The notes beneath the pieces were generated by a model. It worked only from the letters and a program-made list of their open reading frames with translations, was not told the origin of the DNA and made no database searches. The translations under genes and the position numbers were made by a program. This document shows positions 31,020 to 41,469 of a DNA stretch of 64,000 bases, piece after piece. How positions within the stretch are numbered: the stretch's first letter is position 1; every line of letters starts with the position of its first letter. Source of the stretch: an uncultured delta proteobacterium (GTDB lineage Bacteria > Desulfobacterota > Binatia > Binatales > Binataceae); assembly GCA_963724765.1 (NCBI GenBank), contig CAVRVY010000002.1:480001-544000 (forward strand). Reading direction: 5' to 3'.

Positions 31020-32217
31020 ATGAGGTTTGCGGGAATCGACGTCGGAGCGGAGCGTCACATGGTGGCAATGGTGGATACGGAGGGCAAGGTGCTATGTCGT
31101 TCCAGCCCTTTTGGCGAGGACGCGTCGGGCTATGCGCATCTGTTCGAGCTGCTCGGCCCACCCGAGGGTTGTCTGCTCGCCTTGGAAGCCACTGGACACT
31201 ACTGGCGGAATCTATTCGTCGCTTTGTTAGCAAAGGGCTACGCAGTCGCGGTGTTGAATCCATTGCGTACGCGGCGCTTTGCCGAGGAGGAGCTGCAGCG
31301 GACCAAGACCGACGCGATCGATGCGTTGGGAATCGCGCGGTTTGCTGCCCAGAAGCGACCGCCAGCGACGCAACTGCCTGACGTCGCGACGGAAGAGCTG
31401 CGTGAATTGGCGCGGCTGCGCGAGCGGCTCCAGGAGGACTTTGCGAGCCGTCTGAGGCAGTTACATCGAGCGGTTGACCTTGGCTTTCCCGAGTTCACGC
31501 GGTATGTGCGCACGCTCGAGAGCCAGCTCGCCGCTACCATTCTGTCGCGCTACCCAACTGCGGCGTCGTTTCGTGGGACGTCGCGTAAAGAAGCTCGCTC
31601 GGATCGTTTACGACGGTTCGCACAAGATCGGTGAAGAACTCGCTCGCGCTCTGATCGAGGCAGCCGCAAAGTCAGTCGGGAGTTATCACTCCGAGCCCTA
31701 CCGATTGCGGATCAAATACCTCTGCGAGGATCTTGATGTGCTGCGCCGCCGGCTGAAGGATCTCGCGCGCGACATTGAAAGCAAGATCGACGATCACGAG
31801 GTAGGCAAACTCCTAACGACGATCGATGGGATCGGACCATTAACCGCCGCCTGTCTGATTGCAGAACTCGGAGATCCGGCACGCTTTCGCAGTGCCGGCG
31901 CGATCGCGAGCTATGTTGGCGTTGCGCCACGACTGCGGCAATCAGGGAAAAAGCGCTTCTTTTCCGGCAGCCCCACTATTCCGTTCGGGAATGCTCGTCT
32001 GCGCAAGGCGCTCTGGATGGTGGTTCTCAACGCCGTGCGATGCAATCCGTGGCTGCGCCAGTATTACGAGCGCCTTCGGGCTGCGGGCAAACCGGGCAAG
32101 GTCGCCGTAATCGCAGCGATGCGAAAGCTGCTCGCAGCGGTATGGAGCGTGGCTATTCACCGCCGACCCTTCGTTCCGCACCTATCTCCACCCGCAACCG
32201 CCAGCGTCGTGACGTAA
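31020..32217 (+). mobile_element. IS110-family DEDD recombinase, +1 frameshift near 31584
   Basis: GIDVG, LEATGHYW, KTDAIDA, TIDGIG, RQSG (catalytic Ser), GNARLR, MRKLL. Confidence 0.92.
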
Positions 32218-32497
32218 GCGTGTGACTGCATCCGGCCGGTGACACTGCGGGCGCGGCACATGAGTGGCACCTTCTATCAGGGAAGGTGCCAAAACGACAC
32301 AATCTTATGTGGACATCGACGCGTGTGCCGGTTCCCTGGCGTCAGCGACCTTCTGCACAGCCGGCGGTCGGTCTCGCAACTAACAGCGAACCCTAGTTCA
32401 CTGCAGGGCGAATCGTGCGCTCCGCAGGAAGCGGAGCGGCCTGCCGCGTTCGAACCCCGACGAACCTTCACACTCCGCGTCTGCGGACTGAGGCAAA

Positions 32498-32725
32498 TGG
32501 CGTGGGCGCTTCCGCCGCAGGAGTTGAGGCGCTTTCGGAATTCCTGACCGGCCTATCCGCAACGCCTGGCATGGCCTTCCTGTTGGTCCTACATCGAGAC
32601 CCAACCCATCCGAGCCTGCTCATCGATATTCTGTCGAAAACGACCGGCGTACCAGTGCTTGAAGCACAAGACGGCATGGCATTGGAGATGGACCATGTTT
32701 ACGTCGTTCCCGCCATCTGCACCGT
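32498..32725 (+). pseudogene. CheB methylesterase-domain fragment
   Basis: GVGASAAGVEAL..GMAFLLVLH.DP..S.L..IL..DHVYVVP; no start, truncated. Confidence 0.8.
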
Positions 32726-32971
32726 CGCGGCGATAGGTTGAAGATGCTCCAGGTGCGCCGCGTGTCAGACAGTCGCGTTGCTGATGTCGGTGATGTCCTG
32801 GATCGCCAGGAGGAGAGCGGATTCGCTTCGAGCAATCGGGAGCAGGCTTTTAGCTCATCGAAGATACTGACCCTTATAGCCGGCATCTTCCTCTTCTGGA
32901 TCGGCGAACCCAGATCCCGAGGTGATAGATTTGGACCGGGCCGGTCGCTGGGTTGCTTCGCGCACGTGCCG

Positions 32972-33290
32972 CTACAGTCCCATCGTCGTGAAAGCCGCCT
33001 TGACCCGCTCGCGCATCCGCGCGTAGTTGCGCTCGAGCTTGGGCTTGCGCCGCGGCCCGGGCCGCTCGCGCAATTCCGCTTCCAGATCTTCGAGCTTGGC
33101 GCGCAGGTCCTTGAGCTTTTTCGTGGAGTCGTTCAGCTTTTTGAGCAGCTTCTCGTTGGCCTCGGGACCACGTTCTTCATCGGGATCCGCAGGCTCTTCG
33201 CTTTCCTCGAAGATATCGCACAGATCGGCCTCGCCAGCCTCGATTCGGTCGCCAAGGTCGATAAGAAAATCCAGCGTAACCGGCGACTTC
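32972..33290 (-). pseudogene. Internal fragment resembling the RpoD (sigma70) non-conserved region
   Basis: Manual translation SPVTLDFLIDLGDRIEAGEADLCDIFEESEE..EKLLKKL..KLERNYARMRERV; no start, internal TAG. Confidence 0.55.
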
Positions 33291-33440
33291 TCGCAATGGC
33301 CGCCGTCGGCGGAGTTTACTTGGCATTGCCCAGAGAACTCGTCATCGGCCCGACATGGCTGCTGCCGAGCGTCATCGCTGTCTTACTCGCCCCGACCATC
33401 GTGACTCATCGCATGGGGCGGCATTCGTTCAATCACGTGT
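33290..33440 (+). pseudogene. Fragment of a membrane protein gene
   Basis: LAMAAVGGVYLALPRELVIGPTWLLPSVIAVLLAP, abutting the rpoD-like piece. Confidence 0.5.
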
Positions 33441-33683
33441 TGATCCCCATCGCGAAGCAGCTTTCCATTTGGAGCGGATCGGGAGATCCACAAACCGCCG
33501 TGGCAGTTTGGAAAGCGTGATCTGACGCTGCCCGATCCCGGACTCAAGGTGTCGTCTGCCGGACGTACCGGGTGAGGTGAAATCTGCCTGGTCTATTCTT
33601 GTGCATGGCGCTTGTCGTGTCGGTCGCGATGGTCGCGGTTTTGGGGCTGCTGGCAGGTGTGCTAAGCAATCCAATCAGGAGAC

Positions 33684-35408
33684 GTGGATCGTTTGGTCCC
33701 TCGAACCGGGCCAGCCAGGGAGACCGGAGCGGAGGACGCTACGGCACAAAAAATTGAGGAGCCGTTGCAACGGAGCTTTACGTCTCGACCGATGGAACAC
33801 GAGGCGGATTTTACTGGAGATCGAGCCGGTAGTCGTTATCAGCTCCTTCTTCAGGTTCTTGAGCTGGCGGAGGCGCCATTCAGCGTCAGCGCAATGCTGG
33901 GGGCGCTGGCGAGCGTTATTGAATCGGTAGTCCCGGTGGACGCGATTCCCGTCGTAACGGTGGATGAGCAGGTCCTGCGTTTCTACGCGGCTTACTTCAA
34001 CGGGGTGCCGCGCAAGGATGGCGATTCGCTCGCGGATTATGCGATGCGAGCTCTGCGCCGGTGTCCTGTCGGGCGGGCGGAAGCGCGTGTGCTGGAGACC
34101 TTCCCAATCCGTGGTTCAGCAACTGAGCACGTGGGCCGCACCCGCGGTGTGCTGGTGCGCCATGGTTTGGATCGCGAGCCGCTCTTCCTAGGTGACCGGC
34201 GGCTGCGGTGGTACGGGATGAACTCTTACGTCCGGGTTCCTCTGTTTGCCAAGGAACGGCTGCTTGGCTCGATCGCATTCTGTCGAACAGACGCCCGCCC
34301 TGGCTTCACCAACAACGAGGTTCAGATTCTGACTGAAGTCTCACGGCCCGCAGCGATCGCGCTTTCTCGTTTTCTGGCTTACGAGGAGATCGAGCGCTTG
34401 CGGCACAGCAGTTTCCCCTGGGTTACAGGTGAGGATCACCCAGCCACTGACGAGATAATAGGTACCTCGGAAACGCTTCGGCGGGTGATTGAGCGGGTGA
34501 GCAAGGTGGCGCGGACCGATGCCCCGGTTTTGATTTCAGGTGAGACCGGCACCGGCAAGGAATTGCTCGCGAATATGCTGCATCAGCTGTCTGGGCGGCG
34601 CGGCCGATTGGTCAAGGTGAATTGTGCAGCCTTGCCCGAAACCCTGATGGCCGCCGAGTTATTCGGCCACGAGCGAGGCGCATTCACCGGTGCCTGGCAA
34701 CGCCGCGAAGGCCATTTTGAGACCGCGGCTGGCGGCTCGATTTTACTTGACGAGGTCGGCGAACTACCGCCGCCTGCGCAGGCGGCCCTGCTGCGGGTGC
34801 TGCAGGACGGAGAATTCCAGCGAATCGGTGGCAGCCGGACTCTCCGGACGAATGCGCGAGTGATCGCTGCGACAAACCGCAGCCTAGTCGAGGCGGTTCG
34901 TCAAGGCCGTTTCCGTGAGGACCTCTTCTATCGACTCAATGTAGTGCCTATCAGGGTGCCGCCTTTGCGCGAGCGCACCGAAGACATTGTCGAATTGGCG
35001 AACCGCTTCGCAGCGCGTTACTCGCAGGCTATGGGCCGCACACCAGGCGTCTTCGAGCGCGAAACACTCGATGCGTTGCTGTCGTATGCGTGGCCAGGAA
35101 ACGTTCGCGAGTTACAAAATGTGATAAGGCGAGGAGTAGTCCTTTCCAATGGTCCAGCGATCGACCTGGACGACGAATTCCTAGGACAAGTGCATGGAGT
35201 GGAAAACCCGGCCACAGTGATCGGAGCCAAGGTAAGTGGGTGTGAGCGGGAACTGATTGAACAGGCTCTCAAAAAAGCAGCAGGAAAAGTCGCTGGTCCG
35301 AAAGGGGCCGCTGCACGGCTGCGCATAGCGCCTTCCACGCTTGAGTATAAGATAAGAAAGTACCATATCGATAAGCTCCATTTTCGTGCCGACGCGGCAG
35401 GCGACTGA
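33684..35408 (+). CDS. GAF-domain sigma54-dependent activator (start uncertain)
   Basis: GAF-like SYVRVPL..LGSI; GETGTGKE, GAFTGA, WPGNVREL, C-terminal HTH. Confidence 0.9.
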   Translation: MDRLVPRTGPARETGAEDATAQKIEEPLQRSFTSRPMEHEADFTGDRAGSRYQLLLQVLELAEAPFSVSAMLGALASVIESVVPVDAIPVVTVDEQVLRFYAAYFNGVPRKDGDSLADYAMRALRRCPVGRAEARVLETFPIRGSATEHVGRTRGVLVRHGLDREPLFLGDRRLRWYGMNSYVRVPLFAKERLLGSIAFCRTDARPGFTNNEVQILTEVSRPAAIALSRFLAYEEIERLRHSSFPWVTGEDHPATDEIIGTSETLRRVIERVSKVARTDAPVLISGETGTGKELLANMLHQLSGRRGRLVKVNCAALPETLMAAELFGHERGAFTGAWQRREGHFETAAGGSILLDEVGELPPPAQAALLRVLQDGEFQRIGGSRTLRTNARVIAATNRSLVEAVRQGRFREDLFYRLNVVPIRVPPLRERTEDIVELANRFAARYSQAMGRTPGVFERETLDALLSYAWPGNVRELQNVIRRGVVLSNGPAIDLDDEFLGQVHGVENPATVIGAKVSGCERELIEQALKKAAGKVAGPKGAAARLRIAPSTLEYKIRKYHIDKLHFRADAAGD

Positions 35409-35459
35409 CGCGATTCAAAACTCGGAATTCTGTGAGTTCGTTGACAAACTCCTGAGATC

Positions 35460-35545
35460 TTGCGAATACCTTCGCAAAATCTTCCAGGAGGCGCGCATGT
35501 CAGACGGAGTATCATGCCGCAAACTGGCATGGCGCGATTCTTGAT
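35460..35545 (+). promoter_or_regulatory. Palindrome plus sigma54-like promoter of the dioxygenase operon
   Basis: TTGCGAA-N4-TTCGCAA (35460-35477); TGGCGCGATTCTTGAT (35530-35545, -12 GA variant). Confidence 0.55.
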
Positions 35546-35599
35546 TCATAGAGACACTGGTGGTCGCCGGCATTCAGGTCAAGCCAATGGTCGTATGCG

Positions 35600-36865
35600 A
35601 TGATGGATCCAGAAAAATTGATAAACTTAGAGCGCAAGACCGTCAGCCCGCGGGTTTTTTCCGATCCTGAAGTCCATCAGGCGGAGCAGGAACGGGTCTT
35701 CACGCGATGCTGGCTGTACGTCGGACATGATAGCCAGGTGCCGAACCCGGGCGACTTTGTCAGCGGCTTTATGGGAGAAGAGCCGGTGATTGTATGTCGC
35801 GGGCCCGACCGGCAAATACGCGTGTTCCTCAATACGTGCCGGCATCGCGGGATGCTGGTGTGCCGGGTGGAAGAGGGCAACGCGAAATTTTTTCGATGCC
35901 CCTACCACGGATGGACCTACGATCTTGAGGGAAACCTGACCGGCGTTCCGGACTACCGTAAGGCTTATCACGGCGACCTCAAGCGTGAGGAATGGCCATT
36001 GCTGCAGGCGCCCAAGGTCAGTTCCTATCATGGGCTGATCTTTGCCTGCCTAGATGAGCATGCAGTCAGCCTGGAAGAGTACCTTGGAGATTTCCGGTGG
36101 TACCTGGATCTGCAGTTCAACCGTACCGAGAGCGGGATGATGACGCTGCCGGGTACGCACAAATGGACGCTCAAGGCGAACTGGAAGTTTGCCGCCGAGC
36201 AATTTGGCGGCGACAACTACCACGCGATGTGGGCCCATGAGAGCGGCGTCAGAATTTCCCTCGCGCAGCAGTTTGGCGGCGAGCATCCGTGGACCAACGA
36301 CTGGGAAGCGAAGACCAAGGAAGGTCATGGCTGGATAAATTTTGCTTTCGCGGATCCGCCGGGAATCGCGGAAGTCGTCGGCCCCTACACGGCGTGGCTG
36401 CGCGAACAGGCGCGCAATCGCCTGACGCCCACTCAGATCGAGCAAATCGGATGCGTACACGTGGGAACCGTGTTTCCGAATTTCTCGATACTCTCGTTCC
36501 TGGGATTTCTGTCCGTGCGCGTCTGGAATCCGCGCGGGCCGACGCAGCTCGATGCGTGGTCATGGGGAATGGTCGAACGTGATGCGCCGGCGGAAATAGT
36601 AAAGCTCGCGCGCGACATCCAGATACGTACTTTTTCGCCGGCGGGAATCTTCGAGCAGGACGACGGCGAGATGTGGTCATACTGCACCGAAGCGTCGGGC
36701 GGTGCGTACCGCCGCCGATTTCCATTGAACTATCAGATGGGAGCGGGGCATGAGCGGGCCGACGCCGATCGTCCAGGCCTGATCCATCCACCCCCGACTG
36801 AGATCGGCGTGTTCGGTTTTTGGGAACGCTGGCGCCGGCAAATGGCCAACGAAGGAACGCGATAG
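35600..36865 (+). CDS. Aromatic ring-hydroxylating dioxygenase alpha subunit
   Basis: CRHRG..CPYHGW Rieske; NWK..AEQF..DNYH..H; EQDDGE. Confidence 0.95.
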   Translation: MMDPEKLINLERKTVSPRVFSDPEVHQAEQERVFTRCWLYVGHDSQVPNPGDFVSGFMGEEPVIVCRGPDRQIRVFLNTCRHRGMLVCRVEEGNAKFFRCPYHGWTYDLEGNLTGVPDYRKAYHGDLKREEWPLLQAPKVSSYHGLIFACLDEHAVSLEEYLGDFRWYLDLQFNRTESGMMTLPGTHKWTLKANWKFAAEQFGGDNYHAMWAHESGVRISLAQQFGGEHPWTNDWEAKTKEGHGWINFAFADPPGIAEVVGPYTAWLREQARNRLTPTQIEQIGCVHVGTVFPNFSILSFLGFLSVRVWNPRGPTQLDAWSWGMVERDAPAEIVKLARDIQIRTFSPAGIFEQDDGEMWSYCTEASGGAYRRRFPLNYQMGAGHERADADRPGLIHPPPTEIGVFGFWERWRRQMANEGTR

Positions 36866-36867
36866 TC

Positions 36868-37365
36868 ATGGATCGCGTCGGTTTGCGACAGCAGCTCGAA
36901 GAGCTGCTCTATCGAGAGGCCTGGTTGCTGGATCAGGATCGGCTCGAAGAGTGGCTGGATCTGCTCAGTGAAAACATTCACTACTGGGCGCCCGTGCGGG
37001 CCGACATGAATCGAGGCAAAGAGGACTTCAGTCCGCCGCTCAGATTGGCATTCTTCGATGACAACAAGGACGGGCTCAGACTGCGCGTCGCCCGGATTCG
37101 CACCGGCGCTGCGCATGCCGACGAGCCGCCCTCACGCGTGCGTCACCTGATAACTAACGTTCAGGTAGTGGAAACGCCGGACGCGGAAACGGCGAAAGTC
37201 GCCTCAAATTTCCTGGTATTCAAAAGCCGCCGCAACCGCGAAGAGAACCTGTTCGTCGGATGCCGGGAGGATACCTGGCGGCTCCACGGTGGCGCATGGA
37301 AGCTCGATGAACGAATGATCCTGCTCGATCACAACGTGATCGAGAACATCACGGTGCTCTTCTGA
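36868..37365 (+). CDS. Ring-hydroxylating dioxygenase beta subunit
   Basis: LYREAWLLD..EWL..YWAP; PPSRVRHLITNV; GCRED. Confidence 0.93.
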   Translation: MDRVGLRQQLEELLYREAWLLDQDRLEEWLDLLSENIHYWAPVRADMNRGKEDFSPPLRLAFFDDNKDGLRLRVARIRTGAAHADEPPSRVRHLITNVQVVETPDAETAKVASNFLVFKSRRNREENLFVGCREDTWRLHGGAWKLDERMILLDHNVIENITVLF

Positions 37366-37394
37366 GCGGTCTGCCCCCACTGGATATTGAAACG

Positions 37395-38192
37395 ATGGAC
37401 CCGAGCGCAGCACAACTATTCGACCTGGGTTCTAAGGTTGCCCTGGTTACGGGTGGCGCCAAGGGAATCGGACGCGGCATCGCCGAGGTACTGGCGGCGG
37501 CGGGCGCCGCAGTCGCAGTCGCGGACATCGACATTGAGGGCGCGAACTCCGTGGCGCAGGCGCTGCAGAACCGGGGCCTCGGCGCGATCGCAATCCAGAC
37601 CGACGTGGCCCAGGAGGAATCGGTAAAGGCCCTGGTGCAAGGGGTGTATGATCACTTCAAGCGCCTGGACATCCTGGTTAACAACGCCGGCATTTTCCCG
37701 ATGAAGCGGTTGCGCGAACTCGACGCGGCGACCTGGGACCGCACGAACGGAGTCAATCTTCGCGGGGCCTATCTCTGCACGCGGCACGCCGCCGAACGAA
37801 TCATCGCGGGAAACGCGGGCGGGCGGATCATCAACATCTCAACTATCAATACTGCGCGCACGTATCTGGGTATGGCGCACTATGACGCCAGCAAATACGG
37901 ACTCAACGCGTTGACTAAAGCGAGCGCTCTCGAGTACGCGCCGTTTGGAATCACCGTCAATGCGATCGCGCCGGGCGCGGTGAAAACTCCCGGCTCGCTC
38001 AAGGTGCGGAGCGAACTGGGAGGCGGATCCGTCGAGGCCGCGGATGCGGAGTTCGCAAAGCGCATCCCTCTAGGGCGCTGGGCCGAACCCGAAGATATCG
38101 GTCGAGCCGTGTTGTGCTTGGCCGGGCGAGCGGCAGATTATATTACCGGGCAGATTATCTATGCGGACGGAGGCTTGATGCTCGGGTTTTGA
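37395..38192 (+). CDS. SDR dehydrogenase (probable dihydrodiol dehydrogenase)
   Basis: TGGAKGIG, NNAG, YDASK. Confidence 0.88.
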   Translation: MDPSAAQLFDLGSKVALVTGGAKGIGRGIAEVLAAAGAAVAVADIDIEGANSVAQALQNRGLGAIAIQTDVAQEESVKALVQGVYDHFKRLDILVNNAGIFPMKRLRELDAATWDRTNGVNLRGAYLCTRHAAERIIAGNAGGRIINISTINTARTYLGMAHYDASKYGLNALTKASALEYAPFGITVNAIAPGAVKTPGSLKVRSELGGGSVEAADAEFAKRIPLGRWAEPEDIGRAVLCLAGRAADYITGQIIYADGGLMLGF

Positions 38193-38228
38193 GCAAACCC
38201 GAGCTTTGCACGACAGCGGAAGGTCATC

Positions 38229-39119
38229 ATGACAAGTGTTTCACAACTCGGGTACCTGGGACTTAAGGTCTCGAATCTCGATGCATGGGAAAACTTCGCC
38301 ACGCAAATTCTGGGAATCGAGAGCGTGGGTCGGAACGAGAACAGCGGCTTGATGTTCCGGATCGATGAATATCAGTACCGCTTCGTGCTCGAGCAAGGCG
38401 CCAAGGACGACCTCGACCTGATCGGATGGCAAGTCGACGACGAGCACGCACTGAGTGCCGTGGCGGATCAGCTAACGGCGGCCGGAGTCGAGGTGCAGCG
38501 CGGTTCGGCAGCGGAGGCGGAAACGCGCCGGGTCGTGGAGCTAATCAAGTTCAAGGATCCGAGCGGGATTTCGTCCGAAGCCTTCTACGGTGCGCTGACC
38601 CGGATCGATATACCATTCAGGCCGGCGCGGCCGATCGCCGGCTTTGTCGCCTCCGGGATGGGCCTTGGGCACATCACGATGGGTGTCGACGATATGCAGC
38701 AGAGTCTCGCGTTCTATCGCGACGTTCTGGGCATGCGGCTGAGCGATTGGGTGCAGCCGCAGCCCGAGCGCGACGTCAGATCGCGCTTCAACATCGCCTT
38801 CCTGCACTGTAACCCGCGCCATCACTCGCTCGCGTTCTGGCAGGCGCGGATGCCCAAGCGGCTCCATCATTTCATGCTCCAGCTCGAGTCGCTGGATGAC
38901 GTGGGTACGACCTACGATCTCTGCCAGCAGCGAGGAGTGCCGCTCGAACTCACGCTCGGCCGCCATACCAACGACCGGATGTTGTCCTTCTACGTGCGGA
39001 CTCCCTCGGGCTTCAGCGTCGAGTATGGATGGGGCGCGCGAACGGTCGACGATCGCGACTGGCAGGTGCAACTGCATCGTACCGGCAGCATCTGGGGACA
39101 TCATAAAGCGGGCGCCTGA
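38229..39119 (+). CDS. Type I extradiol dioxygenase (BphC/HsaC-like)
   Basis: LGYLGL, GLGH, FLHCNPRHHS, LHHFM, GRHTND..SFY..PSGFSVEYG. Confidence 0.93.
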   Translation: MTSVSQLGYLGLKVSNLDAWENFATQILGIESVGRNENSGLMFRIDEYQYRFVLEQGAKDDLDLIGWQVDDEHALSAVADQLTAAGVEVQRGSAAEAETRRVVELIKFKDPSGISSEAFYGALTRIDIPFRPARPIAGFVASGMGLGHITMGVDDMQQSLAFYRDVLGMRLSDWVQPQPERDVRSRFNIAFLHCNPRHHSLAFWQARMPKRLHHFMLQLESLDDVGTTYDLCQQRGVPLELTLGRHTNDRMLSFYVRTPSGFSVEYGWGARTVDDRDWQVQLHRTGSIWGHHKAGA

Positions 39120-39137
39120 GCCGACGGAGAAAAGTAC

Positions 39138-40154
39138 GTGGCAAACTATAGGAAGAAAGAGGCGCGCGATTGGGCGTGGGCCAACATGCGCGGAGTGGCT
39201 AACGTGGTGAATCCCACGTTTACCGAGGATCTGTCCGGGCTCAACGAAAAGGCTATTCGCTACGATGTTCGCAAGGAGATCGAATACGGGTTCTGGGGTG
39301 CGTTGCTGATTGCTGAAACTGCGACCACTCCTGAAGAATATGTACGCTTTACGCAGTGGGCGGCGGACGAGGCGCGCGGCAAGCTGCATCTGATATTTCA
39401 CGCATCCTTCAACACCTTGGCGCAGAACGTTTCGGTCGCGCGCGCTGCGCACGAGGCCGGCGCGGACCTGGTGCTTCTTGCTTATCCGGCCAACTTTTAC
39501 GCGCGCAGCAACCAGGACATTTATGACTACACCAAAGCTTTCTGCGACCAGGTCGACATGGGAGTGATCCTCTTCCCGGTGCCGCTGTGGGGCTTCGAGC
39601 GAATTCATCCTGCCGGAATGGAAATTGACCTGATCCGCAGATTGGTCGACGACGTGCCCAATATCGTTGCAATCAAGGCGGAAGGCGGGATGCCGACGAT
39701 CGGCGGATTCGTCGAAGTGTACAAGACGGTCGGCAAACGGGTAATTGTGACTTCGCCGTTGGAATGGGACGGCATCCCACTGGCGTCGCTGGTACCGATC
39801 CAGTTCATGGGCACCAGTAACTACGAATTCTATGGTCCCACCATACCCAAAATGTTCGCCCTGATGCAGGAGGGCGAGTTCACCGAGGCGATGAAGCTAT
39901 TCTGGAAAATCCATCCGGCACGTCTGGCGAATCTCCAGGCTATGTCGCTGCTGGCGGGCTCCAACTTTCTCCATCGGATGCTCTGGAAATATCAGGGCTG
40001 GCTGCAGGGCTTCAATGGCGGACCGCTGCGGCAGCCCACGATGCGCCTTGTGGACCGCCAGTTGCGACCGTTGCGCAACGCGCTCGAGCAATGCGGCCTC
40101 AATCCATGGCCCGAGCCGGACGGCGATTTCTTTGTAGGCCGCAACCCGGCCTGA
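39138..40154 (+). CDS. DHDPS/NAL-family aldolase (possible hydratase-aldolase)
   Basis: TIM-barrel pattern with Schiff-base Lys in PNIVAIKAE; AHEAGADLVLL. Confidence 0.82.
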   Translation: MANYRKKEARDWAWANMRGVANVVNPTFTEDLSGLNEKAIRYDVRKEIEYGFWGALLIAETATTPEEYVRFTQWAADEARGKLHLIFHASFNTLAQNVSVARAAHEAGADLVLLAYPANFYARSNQDIYDYTKAFCDQVDMGVILFPVPLWGFERIHPAGMEIDLIRRLVDDVPNIVAIKAEGGMPTIGGFVEVYKTVGKRVIVTSPLEWDGIPLASLVPIQFMGTSNYEFYGPTIPKMFALMQEGEFTEAMKLFWKIHPARLANLQAMSLLAGSNFLHRMLWKYQGWLQGFNGGPLRQPTMRLVDRQLRPLRNALEQCGLNPWPEPDGDFFVGRNPA

Positions 40155-40166
40155 AGCCGTCCCCCG

Positions 40167-41156
40167 ATGCTCCTTTTGAACGCGAGCGAGGTCGAACGCC
40201 TGGCCGACATGACGAGGCTTGTGGCGGCCGTGGAAGCCGGGGTGCGCGAGCAGGCTACTGGACAGGTGGTGCTGCCACCGCGTCTCAACCTTCCGAACGG
40301 GCGCGGCTTCTTCCGGATTATGCCCACCGTTATGAACGGCAGCGGCATCATGGGATTCAAGGCCTTTCATGGATCGGTGCAGGACGGCGTCCGTTATTTT
40401 ATCGCTATCTACGAGCAGGCCAGCGGAGTTCTGTTGGCAATGATGGACGCCCACTATCTGACGGCCGCTCGGACGGGCGCCACGACTGGTGTCGCAACCA
40501 GATTCATGGCCTGCCGCAGCGCGCGCCGGGTTGCAGTGATTGGTTCGGGGCTCGAGGCCCGAACGAATCTCCTCGGTGTCTGCGCGGTGCGCGACGTCGA
40601 GCGCGTCACCGTTTTTAGTCCAAATCGTGAGCGCCGAGCAGCCTTCGCCGAGCGCATGAGCCGGGAGCTAAAAATCGAGGTCAGAGCCTGCGACACCCCC
40701 GAAAGCTGCGTGGAGGGAGCCGACATCGTGGTGGTCGCCACCAATACCACGGGCAAGGGCGATGGGATCGCTTATCGCGGCGCGTGGGCTCGCGCTGGGG
40801 TGCACATCAACGCAATTGGTTCGACGATGCCCAAGTTGCGCGAAATTGATCCGGAGAGCTTTGCCCGCGCAGAACGAGTAGTAATCGACTGCCAGACAAG
40901 ACAAATCGAAGAAGAATCGGGTGACGTCATCGACGCGCTCGCCCACGACACCTACGACCGCAGCAAAGTTATCGAACTGCAGGAAGTCGTCGCCGGGCGC
41001 GCACCTGGCCGCGAGGCGGACGAGCAAATCACGCTGTTCAAGTCCGTCGGCACGGCGGTTCAGGACGTAGCTAGCGGGTACGCCGTTTATCAGGAGGCGC
41101 GCCGTCTCGGCGTCGGCTCCGACGTGCCTGATTTTCTCGAATTGAAGATTTTTTAG
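40167..41156 (+). CDS. Ornithine cyclodeaminase/mu-crystallin family protein
   Basis: LTAARTGA, IGSGLEA, GVHINAIGS, ITLFKSVGTAVQDV. Confidence 0.92.
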   Translation: MLLLNASEVERLADMTRLVAAVEAGVREQATGQVVLPPRLNLPNGRGFFRIMPTVMNGSGIMGFKAFHGSVQDGVRYFIAIYEQASGVLLAMMDAHYLTAARTGATTGVATRFMACRSARRVAVIGSGLEARTNLLGVCAVRDVERVTVFSPNRERRAAFAERMSRELKIEVRACDTPESCVEGADIVVVATNTTGKGDGIAYRGAWARAGVHINAIGSTMPKLREIDPESFARAERVVIDCQTRQIEEESGDVIDALAHDTYDRSKVIELQEVVAGRAPGREADEQITLFKSVGTAVQDVASGYAVYQEARRLGVGSDVPDFLELKIF

Positions 41157-41205
41157 CGGTGGAATCATTTTCCATCGCCCGATCGCCCGGTAGCGGGGTC
41201 GAGTT

Positions 41206-41300
41206 ATGGGTGTGAGAACCGGCAAGCAGTACGTCGAAGGACTTCGGGCGATGCCACTAAATTACGGCGGCTCGACGGTTGCCAGTATGATGACGGCGAA
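41206..41300 (+). pseudogene. N-terminal stub of an HpaB-like flavin hydroxylase
   Basis: MGVRTGKQYVEGLR then frame decay. Confidence 0.55.
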
Positions 41301-41469
41301 TCGCTTCTTGATACGGGCAAACGTCGGCAAGCGGAGGCGGATCGACGATTTCGACCGGCGTTCGAGACAATGAAACGAGTCGGCACGAGCAACCCCACGC
41401 GCAAGTCGATCACCGAACTAGCCCAGTTTCGCAGCGCGGCGGTTGTCAAGACTTTGCGTCGATCTCTCG

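Noticed and set aside
32738-33520. 260-aa ORF as a genuine gene
   Set aside because: It runs across a mosaic of fragments, mostly antisense to the rpoD-like piece
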